DNA from: Candidatus Ozemobacteraceae bacterium
GTDB taxonomy: Bacteria > Muiribacteriota > Ozemobacteria > Ozemobacterales > Ozemobacteraceae
DNA: 64,000 nt
Assembly (NCBI GenBank): GCA_965140445.1
Contig: OZ223236.1
Coordinates: 1,920,001 to 1,984,000, forward strand
Direction: 5' to 3'
Below, one piece after another: positions 11,204 through 19,252 of the stretch (positions are counted from its first letter, which is position 1; every line of letters starts with the position of its first letter). The notes beneath the pieces are model-generated. The model saw nothing but the letters and a program-made list of their open reading frames with translations, had not been told where the DNA came from and made no database searches. A program made the translations under genes and the position numbers.

Positions 11204-12262
11204 TTATTCAGAAACCATATTTTCTATGTCTTTTTCTGTTTTAATATCGATTTTAATTCCAGTGAGTTTGGATGCGAGTTTAACATTTTGCCCTTCTTTC
11301 CCAATTGCTAAGGAAAGCTGGTTTTGTGACACAATTGCCAGGGCCGATCTCATATCTTCACTTACTTTTACAGACTGAACCTTTGCAGGGCTCAATGCAT
11401 TAATTACATATTCTCCATAGTCTTCGCTGAATCTTACAATGTCGATTTTCTCGCCATTAAGTTCATCAACGATTCCCTTTATTCTGCTTCCCTTAAGGCC
11501 AACGCATGCACCAACAGGATCAACTCTGTTGTCTGAGGTTGAAACGGAAACTTTTACTCTTAAACCAGCTTCACGTGAAGAAGATTTAATTTCTACGATT
11601 CCATCTGCTATTTCAGGCACCGATTGCTTGAACAGAATTTCCACAAATTTTGCACAATTTCTTGAAAGCACAATCTGTGGGCCTTTTGTAGTAGGTCTGA
11701 CTTCGGTTACATAACATTTGATGCGATCGTTTGTTCTGAAAACTTCGCCAGGGATCTGCTCTTTAGGGGGAAGAACAGCTTCGGCCTTTGCAAATTCAAC
11801 ATAAACATGGCCGCGTTCAACTCGCTGAACTTTGCCGGTCATTACCTGACCAACTTTTGTTTGGAATTCTTCCAAAATCAAATTTCTTTCAGCTTCTTTC
11901 AACTTCTGGCTGACAACCTGTCTTGCTGTTTGAGCTGCAATTCTTCCAAATGATGGAGGAGTAACATCTTCTTCAACAACATCACCAGGCTGCGCATCCG
12001 GATCAATTTCTTTTGCTTCTTCAAGTGTATATTGTTTATCAGGATCATCAAGATCATCACCATCGATTACAACTCGATAGGAAATTACCTTGAAGGTTCC
12101 TGTTTCTTCTTCAAGTTTAACTTTTACATCTTCACCCGTGTCAAAGTTCTTTCTGTAAGCGACAACAAGCGCTTCTTCTATTGCCTGAACAAGAACAGAC
12201 ATGGGAAGATTCTTTTCACCGATTACTTCCTTTAAAGCTTCGAATAGACTCGTTTTAGTCAT
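11204..12262 (-). CDS. nusA: Transcription termination/antitermination factor NusA
   Basis: FGRIAAQTA, S1 and KH domains (DPVGACVG.KG.R, LAIGKEGQNV.LA). ATG at 12262 has a GGGGAGG RBS. Confidence 0.97.
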   Translation of the reverse strand: MTKTSLFEALKEVIGEKNLPMSVLVQAIEEALVVAYRKNFDTGEDVKVKLEEETGTFKVISYRVVIDGDDLDDPDKQYTLEEAKEIDPDAQPGDVVEEDVTPPSFGRIAAQTARQVVSQKLKEAERNLILEEFQTKVGQVMTGKVQRVERGHVYVEFAKAEAVLPPKEQIPGEVFRTNDRIKCYVTEVRPTTKGPQIVLSRNCAKFVEILFKQSVPEIADGIVEIKSSSREAGLRVKVSVSTSDNRVDPVGACVGLKGSRIKGIVDELNGEKIDIVRFSEDYGEYVINALSPAKVQSVKVSEDMRSALAIVSQNQLSLAIGKEGQNVKLASKLTGIKIDIKTEKDIENMVSE

Positions 12263-12276
12263 AATACCTCCCCTTG

Positions 12277-12768
12277 TCATCCTTGCTTAAGTCTAGGTGG
12301 AAATTCCAACACTGCGCGAGCCTCAACAACTCTATTCATAGGAAACTCCCTAAGACCTTTATCTAAACTGACGACAATGCGTTCTTCAGAAAATTCTTGT
12401 AAACGGGCTCTGAAAACTTCTTTTTTTTCACTTTCATCACTAATTCTGATGGACCATTTTACTAATTTTCCTATGTGACGCTCGAAATCGACCACTCTTT
12501 TCAAAATTCTTTCAACCCCAGGAGATGAAACTTCAAGGGTATATGTTCTGTGGATCAAATCAACTTCGTCCATATATTCGCTTAAGGCTCTGGAAACTAT
12601 TGCACAATCTTCAACCTTAATTCCTTCTGGGCTATCAATTATCACTTCAAGAACCATTTTTTTGTTTATTGATTTATAAGTTACGTCATAAATCTCATAA
12701 GCACTGGAGAAAGAACTCTCAACAAAGTTCCTTACTGATTCAATAATCTTCTGGACATCTTGTGCCAT
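12277..12768 (-). CDS. rimP: Ribosome maturation factor RimP
   Basis: DC..VSR..S...D......Y.LEVSSPG.ER motif; first gene of the nusA-infB operon. Confidence 0.93.
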   Translation of the reverse strand: MAQDVQKIIESVRNFVESSFSSAYEIYDVTYKSINKKMVLEVIIDSPEGIKVEDCAIVSRALSEYMDEVDLIHRTYTLEVSSPGVERILKRVVDFERHIGKLVKWSIRISDESEKKEVFRARLQEFSEERIVVSLDKGLREFPMNRVVEARAVLEFPPRLKQG

Positions 12769-12787
12769 TTCTTTCTCCTGTTTATCT

Positions 12788-12829
12788 GAAACACCAAAAT
12801 CCGCTTTTAAAGCGGCCTTTGTTTGTTTC
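12788..12829 (-). promoter_or_regulatory. Putative rimP leader attenuator hairpin
   Basis: On the minus strand, CCGCTT-TAA-AAGCGG (12801-12815) is followed by ATTTTGGTGTTT, between the promoter and the rimP RBS. Confidence 0.5.
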
Positions 12830-12864
12830 GCTTACACTTTTTTACTAAAGCTCGTTGAATCGCA

Positions 12865-12893
12865 AGTCTAGCACTTAATTGATATTAAATCAA
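12865..12893 (-). promoter_or_regulatory. Sigma70-type promoter of the rimP operon
   Basis: TTGATT-17 bp-TAGACT with an extended -10 TG. Confidence 0.6.
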
Positions 12894-12994
12894 GTGCTAT
12901 GTTTGTTTTAAACACTGTGATAATTCATGTTTTGGGAAGCAAACAATGTACAGAATCCGCTACTCAATATTGTTTAAGAAAAAAAAGAGAAAAA

Positions 12995-13018
12995 ATCTCC
13001 AGGAAAATTCCTGGAGAT
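12995..13018. terminator. Intrinsic terminator downstream of the secretin-like gene
   Basis: ATCTCCAGGAA-AA-TTCCTGGAGAT perfect inverted repeat flanked by A/T tracts on both sides. Confidence 0.8.
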
Positions 13019-13041
13019 AATTTTTTCTTCGTTAATTTTAA

Positions 13042-14268
13042 TTAGTTTGCTTTTACATTTAATTCCATAAATATTTTTTTACTTTCATCAATTGGAAATG
13101 ACAGCCACATATTTTTCTTAATTTTAACCGTAGTGGAGAAGCTTCTTTTGATTTCCTTTTTTTCTTCTTTATCAAAAGTTAATCCAAAAATTTTGTTATT
13201 CATTTCCAGAATTACATGATCACTTTCTCCGGCTTCATTAAAAACCAAATCTGTTTCATAGCTGAATATATCCTCAGATACTTTTTCCTTGTTTTCTGAG
13301 TTATGCCCAACTTTAATCTTTGCTTTTTGTCCTGGAAGAGCAACTAATTTGGGGGCAGAAAGAAGCTTTGCTAATTCTTGCTTTGCTTTCTCATCTAATT
13401 TTGAGAAGTTTTCTACCGATTGGTTGTTCTTTTTAAGCTCCCATATTTTGATTGAAATGGTATGAGCTTTTCCTTCTTTGTCTCTCGCAAATAAAAGTTG
13501 TTTAGCTTTTTCGATGCTTTCTGGAGAGCCTTCAAGAAGAAGATTGTCTTTATATGTTCTGGCAATTAAGTCTGGGAAGCTTTGCTTGTTTGAACTAAGG
13601 ATTTTTTTCCCATTGTCGGGAGAAAGATAGGCTAAGGTGACTTCCTCTTTTGCATAATTTTTGTTAAAGCCATGCATTCCTCTGGGAAAAACAAGATAGA
13701 TATTTCCATTTTTTTCGTAATCCAGATCAGACATTTTGCAGATAACGTCTAATGAATCTTTTACTGTTGCATCTTTAAGTTGAATAGATATCTTACCTTT
13801 TACACTATTGTGCTTCACCAGATTAATATCTGCTGTTTTTGCTATTAGGCTTAAAACGTTACCAATTTCAACATCTTTAAGTTTAAGGTTTATTCTATTT
13901 TCAGTTAGAGCTGACTCTTTTGTGTGAGAGTTTAAAAGCATGTTTTCAAGTCTTTTAATAAAAGCTTTTGTCTCATCTGAAGATTCAAGCATTCTAAGTC
14001 TGTTTAATAACTCAATAGATTTTTCCTTGTCACCCTGCATAAGCTTTAAACAACTTAGGTGAAATATGCTTTTTGCCGCAGTTTTTTCATCAGATGATAA
14101 TATTCCAGAATTCAATTGCTTTTCTATTTTTGCATCTGGGCCATTTATCCATAAACTTGTAATGGCATTTTCCAATGCTGGATCTTCTGTGGCGGTTTGG
14201 GCAAAGCACGAGCAAGCCATGGCTGCAAACAAAACTGTAAGAATCACTTGTAAGATAGATTTTTTCAT
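13042..14268 (-). CDS. Exported protein with STN / secretin N-domains and a shortened secretin-like C-terminus
   Basis: Signal peptide, then INLKLKDVEIGNVLSLIAK...VKGKISIQLKD (STN/N0-like) and LLSAPKLVALPGQKAKIKVG (secretin motif). ATG at 14268 has an AGGAGG RBS. Confidence 0.65.
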   Translation of the reverse strand: MKKSILQVILTVLFAAMACSCFAQTATEDPALENAITSLWINGPDAKIEKQLNSGILSSDEKTAAKSIFHLSCLKLMQGDKEKSIELLNRLRMLESSDETKAFIKRLENMLLNSHTKESALTENRINLKLKDVEIGNVLSLIAKTADINLVKHNSVKGKISIQLKDATVKDSLDVICKMSDLDYEKNGNIYLVFPRGMHGFNKNYAKEEVTLAYLSPDNGKKILSSNKQSFPDLIARTYKDNLLLEGSPESIEKAKQLLFARDKEGKAHTISIKIWELKKNNQSVENFSKLDEKAKQELAKLLSAPKLVALPGQKAKIKVGHNSENKEKVSEDIFSYETDLVFNEAGESDHVILEMNNKIFGLTFDKEEKKEIKRSFSTTVKIKKNMWLSFPIDESKKIFMELNVKAN

Positions 14269-14337
14269 AAAATTCCTCCTTTGGACTTTTGCTAACTTAA
14301 CTATCCGTCCAAAGTGTTTCAGTCGATTTTCATGTAA

Positions 14338-14356
14338 GTAACAATCTTGTAACAAT
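14338..14356 (-). promoter_or_regulatory. OmpR/PhoB-type direct-repeat operator candidate
   Basis: ATTGTTAC-aag-ATTGTTAC on the minus strand, 11-bp period, upstream of the secretin-like gene and adjacent to an OmpR-family regulator. Confidence 0.5.
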
Positions 14357-15034
14357 TCAAAATTTCAATGTGTAACCAAAGCCTCTTACTGTTATAAGCA
14401 CTTCTGGCTGTTTTTCCTGCTCAAGTTTCTTTCTAAGTCGTCCAACATGAACATCAACCGCTCTTGAGTCCTCAAGCTCTTTTACTCCCCAGAGTCTTTC
14501 CACGATCTGCTCACGACTTATCACATTGTTTTTATTCAAAAAAAGATATTCCAGTAAAAGCCATTCAGTAGTAGTCAGTTGAACATCTTTTCCATTTTCA
14601 GTGGCAGATTTGGCTGAGAAACAAACTTTGAGCTTTCCAATATTATTTACATCGCTCGAATCTATTTCTTTTGATCTACGCAAAACAGCTTTTACCCTTG
14701 CTATTAGCTCTCTAATTCGAAATGGTTTTGTAACATAGTCATCTGCGCCGGCATCTAATGCCTTTATCACATCAATCTCACGATCTCTTACCGTACAAAC
14801 AATGCAGGGTTCATTTTGGCCTCGATCACGCCATTCCCTTAGTTTTTCAATTCCATTTCCGTCTGGTAGGTTTACATCCAGCAATATTGCGGAAAAACTC
14901 TCGGAAGCCAGTAGTTTCTCTGCATCTTCAAGTGTGGTGGCGGTTTGAGTCTCAAATCCCTCATATTCCAGATTATCAGAAAGTAGTTCTCTTATTATTG
15001 CTTCGTCTTCTACTATTAGTATTTTATTTATCAT
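14357..15034 (-). CDS. OmpR/PhoB-family response regulator
   Basis: Receiver domain (IVEDE, LLDVNLP, GADDYVTKPF) plus winged helix (VDVHVGRLRKKL, TVRGFGY). Confidence 0.95.
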   Translation of the reverse strand: MINKILIVEDEAIIRELLSDNLEYEGFETQTATTLEDAEKLLASESFSAILLDVNLPDGNGIEKLREWRDRGQNEPCIVCTVRDREIDVIKALDAGADDYVTKPFRIRELIARVKAVLRRSKEIDSSDVNNIGKLKVCFSAKSATENGKDVQLTTTEWLLLEYLFLNKNNVISREQIVERLWGVKELEDSRAVDVHVGRLRKKLEQEKQPEVLITVRGFGYTLKF

Positions 15035-16799
15035 TTTCTTTATCCTCCGCTACTTGCCAGTCAGTGGAGAGTGATAAACCCTTTTCTGATCTATTTTTTG
15101 CCATAAAATTTCCATTATGCTCTCTCATGATTTGTCGGACTAAATACAAGCCAATTCCGGAACCTCCCCTTTTTGGCTTGTATGGAAGATCTCCCCATAG
15201 CAGAGAAGTTTCAGTATTTTGTTGCAAACCACTTAGTCCTGGTCCTTTGTCTTTTATTGTGATTGAAAGCCGCTTGTTTCTTAGCTGTCTGGAACTAATG
15301 TCCAGGCATTTTCCTGCATCTGCATGTTTTATGGCATTTTCTATAAGGTTTATGTGGACTCTTTCCCACATTTCTAAGTCAGCTGATATTAGAATTTCTT
15401 CGGGAATTTCAACTGAAATGTTCCAACCAGAAAGGCGCGGTGCAAATCTTTGTATTAGATGGTTTATCTTTTCATGTGGGGAAAAAACAGAAGGTTCTGC
15501 CTTGATTAATTTCTTTCGCAGTCTGACCGAAAGCAGCATTTGATCAATTAAAAAAGCTGCGCGGTCAGTTTCATTTAAGAGTTGGGTTAGATACTTTTGC
15601 CGCTGTTCATCGCTTTTATATCTTCCAAGAGAAATCGTTTCTGCAAGAAATCTGACTGTTGTTAAAGGGGTCTTTAAGTCATGGGTGGTTTGTCTGAAAA
15701 ATAACTCTTCTTCTTCGAGAAGCTTTTTTTGTTGGATTATTTGCCATTCATATAATGAAAAGCCGAAGAGACCAATTATTCCCAGTGATGTCAAAATCAA
15801 AAGAAGAACAAAGTTAGAGTCTATTCTAGCCGTTTCTCCCTCACCTGAAATCGCTATAAAAAGACCGTTGAAGCTTTTTAACCTGTGGTTTGAGGGGCTT
15901 TGAACTAATTGAAGCTTAAACTCTTTTTCGTGAAAAACTGAGCCGTTAAGTTTACGGCCGATTTCTTTTATAAGGTAGTCTCCCGGAAATGCAATTATGC
16001 CTAACTTATGATCCAGCAGGAGATAGTTTTTACCATTGCTTTGTTGCCAACCAGCTATTAAATTCTGGCTTGAAGATTTTTTGTAGCACCAGATAAGAAA
16101 CTCCAGCCAGTCCTGATTACTTTTTGAAATATTCATAGAAAAAAAGTCGTTTGGATCAGACGGGAGGCGCCGGGGAATTGGTAAATCAGCTAATTTGTAT
16201 AACCATTGTTGGAATCCATCAGTATTTTGTTCAATAAGGTTAGATTTGGCGGCAAGAATTGCAGCATGGTATTTCAAAGATTTCCCATCTGGAAGAATAT
16301 AGTCAAAAGGGGAGGCCAGAATTTTAAAGGCAGCTTTTCTTGCCAGAAAATAGTCGCCAGCATCAAAATGCAACTTGCAGATTTTAAATTGCCAAAACCC
16401 TTTGTTAGAAGGGTCCGCATTTATTTCAGCCTTTGTAAACTGTAAGAGAGCCGATTCGGTTGAAATTGCAGATATGAACAGGTGTTGAAAGCTTTCATCT
16501 CCAGAAGGAACTTTCAAATCTGGAAAGATCGGCTGCTCCATAGGAAGATTAACAGCGAAAGGTGGAACCTTCTGGGTTCGCAGCTCTTGAAGAAATTGTG
16601 AGCAAATTTTATCGGCCTGCTCGATTTTTTTTCCAATATCAACTTCTTCGAGCATTCTTTTTTGTCTGACTAATGCGTTATATGAAAAAACAATAAGAAA
16701 AACAAAAGAAACAACTATTAAGAGCAAACTAAGTCTATATCTAAAATTTGCACTATTTCTATAAGTTTTATTCATTTTTGTTATCCTGTTTGTTTGCAT
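15024..16799 (-). CDS. Membrane sensor histidine kinase
   Basis: Two TM segments, H-box THDLKTPL, NLIENAIKH, DKGPG and GSGIGL. Confidence 0.92.
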   Translation of the reverse strand: MQTNRITKMNKTYRNSANFRYRLSLLLIVVSFVFLIVFSYNALVRQKRMLEEVDIGKKIEQADKICSQFLQELRTQKVPPFAVNLPMEQPIFPDLKVPSGDESFQHLFISAISTESALLQFTKAEINADPSNKGFWQFKICKLHFDAGDYFLARKAAFKILASPFDYILPDGKSLKYHAAILAAKSNLIEQNTDGFQQWLYKLADLPIPRRLPSDPNDFFSMNISKSNQDWLEFLIWCYKKSSSQNLIAGWQQSNGKNYLLLDHKLGIIAFPGDYLIKEIGRKLNGSVFHEKEFKLQLVQSPSNHRLKSFNGLFIAISGEGETARIDSNFVLLLILTSLGIIGLFGFSLYEWQIIQQKKLLEEEELFFRQTTHDLKTPLTTVRFLAETISLGRYKSDEQRQKYLTQLLNETDRAAFLIDQMLLSVRLRKKLIKAEPSVFSPHEKINHLIQRFAPRLSGWNISVEIPEEILISADLEMWERVHINLIENAIKHADAGKCLDISSRQLRNKRLSITIKDKGPGLSGLQQNTETSLLWGDLPYKPKRGGSGIGLYLVRQIMREHNGNFMAKNRSEKGLSLSTDWQVAEDKENDK

Positions 16800-16883
16800 A
16801 ATGCGTGCAAACTCATTCTACAAATGATAGTTATATTCTAAATAGATTTTTTTACGATTGAAATTCGTAAGACTGAGGATAAC

Positions 16884-18566
16884 ATGTATAAAAAAAATGA
16901 GGAATATAAGACTGCTTTCAGAGTCTTTTTAATCTTGTTGCTTCCATTGGCCTTAATTTTGGGCTGCGGTGAAACAGGCTTTGATAAGAAAGATGCTCCG
17001 GTCGAATCACCCAAAAAGCCGGTTTATGGAGGTATCTATCGAAGGGCTTTTGCTGATACGTTTATTGTTTTAGATCCCGCAGAAATAAAAGATTCTAATT
17101 CACACGAAGTTGCCCGCCAGATATTTGATGGCCTGGTCGAATTTGATGAAACAGGTAATGTAATTCCTGCAATTGCTGCCAGCTGGGAAATTAGTGAAGA
17201 CAAACTTAATTACGTTTTTACTCTTAGAAAAGATTGTAGATTTCATAGTATCTCAGGAGGGCAGAAAACTAAGAATGGTGGTAGGTTAATTAGCGCAGAA
17301 GACGTCGAATATACCTTCCATAGATTGCTGTCTCCAAGGGATGATTTTCAAGGGTCATTTTTCTGGGTAATTGAAGGCGCGCAGGACTTTTCAAAAGGCA
17401 AATCAGACAAGATCTCCGGGATAAAGGTTATTGCTTCGGATTCCATTCAATTTAAGCTGGAAAAGCCTTTTGCCCCATTTGTTTCTTTGTTGGCAATGTG
17501 TAATGCCTTTATCGTTCCACATGAAGATGCTGAATCTGACAGCGATTTCAATTTGTGTCCAGTCGGTGCAGGCCCATTCAGGTGGAAAGAAAGAACTGAA
17601 AGTAAATTGGTAGTAGAAGCTAATGATGAATATTACCGAGGTCGACCATATCTGGATTACATTGAATTTGTAATCATCCCGGATGATTCTAAAAGGTATC
17701 AGGCCTTTAAAAAGGGACTTTTGATGCATGTTGATGTTCCTGATCCCGAATATAAGAATGTAAAACAGGACCCAACTATGTCTAAAAACCTCATCGAAAG
17801 GAGCCTTTGGGGAACAAACTATCTTGGGTTTAATGTTGACTCCGCGCCTTTTAATAACAAAAAAGTTCGTCAGGCAATTAATTATTCAATTGATAAAGAA
17901 GCGATTGTTAAGCTTGTTTTAAATGATCGAGCAAGGATCGCAAATGGTGTCCTTCCACAAGGCATGATCGGGTTTAATCAAGATCTTGCTGGTTATCCAT
18001 TTGATCTGGAAAAGGCAAGAAAGCTTCTTGCCGAAGCTGGTTTTCCTGATGGAAAAGGTTTCCCGGAAATCGAACTCCAGTTCAACAAGGACGAGATCCA
18101 CACGCGAATTAGTGAGTTTGTTCTGGCCAATTTGAGAGATATTGGGATTAAGTGCAGAGTGAAAGAACTGGATTTTGGCGCACATTTAAGTTCTGTAGAA
18201 TCAGGAATCGCCAAATTTTTCCGAATGGGGTGGACGATTGATTATCCAGACCCGGACAGCTTTTTATACACGCTTTTCCATTCGTCAAATATCGGAACTG
18301 GATATAATTTTTCTCACTTCAGTGATAAGCAGACAGATATGTTGCTTGATAAAGCACGTTTCGAAACAGATCCCAAAGCCAGAATTAAGCTGTATAGCGA
18401 AGCTGAGAGGCGAATCGTTGAGGAAGCTCCATGGGTCTTTTTATACTTTTATACAACGCATCTCCTGCATCAACCTAATGTTATGGGCATTAAGCTTGGG
18501 CCACTTGGGATGCCATTCATAGAATATAGAAAAATTTGGTTGTCCGAAAAAGAGAGCCTGGATTAA
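16884..18566 (+). CDS. ABC transporter substrate-binding lipoprotein, family 5 (OppA/DppA-like)
   Basis: Lipobox LILGC, then LDPA, IFDGLV, VGAGPF, VRQAINYSID and W..DYPDPD. No permease genes adjacent. Confidence 0.9.
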   Translation: MYKKNEEYKTAFRVFLILLLPLALILGCGETGFDKKDAPVESPKKPVYGGIYRRAFADTFIVLDPAEIKDSNSHEVARQIFDGLVEFDETGNVIPAIAASWEISEDKLNYVFTLRKDCRFHSISGGQKTKNGGRLISAEDVEYTFHRLLSPRDDFQGSFFWVIEGAQDFSKGKSDKISGIKVIASDSIQFKLEKPFAPFVSLLAMCNAFIVPHEDAESDSDFNLCPVGAGPFRWKERTESKLVVEANDEYYRGRPYLDYIEFVIIPDDSKRYQAFKKGLLMHVDVPDPEYKNVKQDPTMSKNLIERSLWGTNYLGFNVDSAPFNNKKVRQAINYSIDKEAIVKLVLNDRARIANGVLPQGMIGFNQDLAGYPFDLEKARKLLAEAGFPDGKGFPEIELQFNKDEIHTRISEFVLANLRDIGIKCRVKELDFGAHLSSVESGIAKFFRMGWTIDYPDPDSFLYTLFHSSNIGTGYNFSHFSDKQTDMLLDKARFETDPKARIKLYSEAERRIVEEAPWVFLYFYTTHLLHQPNVMGIKLGPLGMPFIEYRKIWLSEKESLD

Positions 18567-19163
18567 TTATTTAAAAATTATAGGTACCAGATAAAAGGCT
18601 AGAAAATAGATTATAACAACCAGAATTGTAAGTAGATTGAAATACTTGTCAATGTAGGTTTTAACTGTTGGTCCAAATTTTTTGAATAAGATCCCCAGCA
18701 GAAAGAATCTTGTTCCTCTGCCAATGATAGAAGCTGCTACAAACGGTAGTAGGGAGATTTTTGATACGCCAGCCGTAATGGTGAAAACTTTATATGGGAT
18801 GGGAGTAAACGCAGCAGTGAAAATTATTAAGGTGGAGTTCGTCTCATAATCAGCACAAACTTTGTTAAATAGTTCTTCAGTGAAGCCTGGAATATATTTA
18901 AAAAAGTAAACTCCAACAACTTGCCAGAAAGCAAAACCAATAAGGTATCCGCCGAGAGCACCTGACACTGAACCAAATGTGCAGACTGTTGCATACCAGA
19001 GAGAACGACTGGAATTAGCCAATGCCAATGCTATTAAAAGGACATCCGGAGGAATTGGGAAAAAGCTGGATTCTGCAAATGCAAGGAGAAACAGTGCAAG
19101 ATTCGAGTATTTACTTTCGGCTAAAGATAATACCCATTGATAAAGCCTTTTCAAATAAGTCAT
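18567..19163 (-). CDS. YqaA/DedA (VTT) family membrane protein
   Basis: FAESSFFPIPPDVLL and FTPIPYKVFTI.AG motifs. Confidence 0.9.
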   Translation of the reverse strand: MTYLKRLYQWVLSLAESKYSNLALFLLAFAESSFFPIPPDVLLIALALANSSRSLWYATVCTFGSVSGALGGYLIGFAFWQVVGVYFFKYIPGFTEELFNKVCADYETNSTLIIFTAAFTPIPYKVFTITAGVSKISLLPFVAASIIGRGTRFFLLGILFKKFGPTVKTYIDKYFNLLTILVVIIYFLAFYLVPIIFK

Positions 19164-19252
19164 CTAGTATTGGTTGTCCTTTTATGTAATTAATTATAAT
19201 CTAGTTGAGACGATGAATCTTACACAACAGTAAGAGGCTTTGCAAGTAAAGA

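Noticed and set aside
12869..12899. CIRCE (HrcA operator)
   Set aside because: The spacer is 6 bp longer than TTAGCACTC-N9-GAGTGCTAA, and the downstream genes are not chaperones.
14758..15543. 261-aa plus-strand ORF
   Set aside because: Antisense to the well-supported kinase and regulator genes. Other short overlapping ORFs in the track were dismissed for the same reason.
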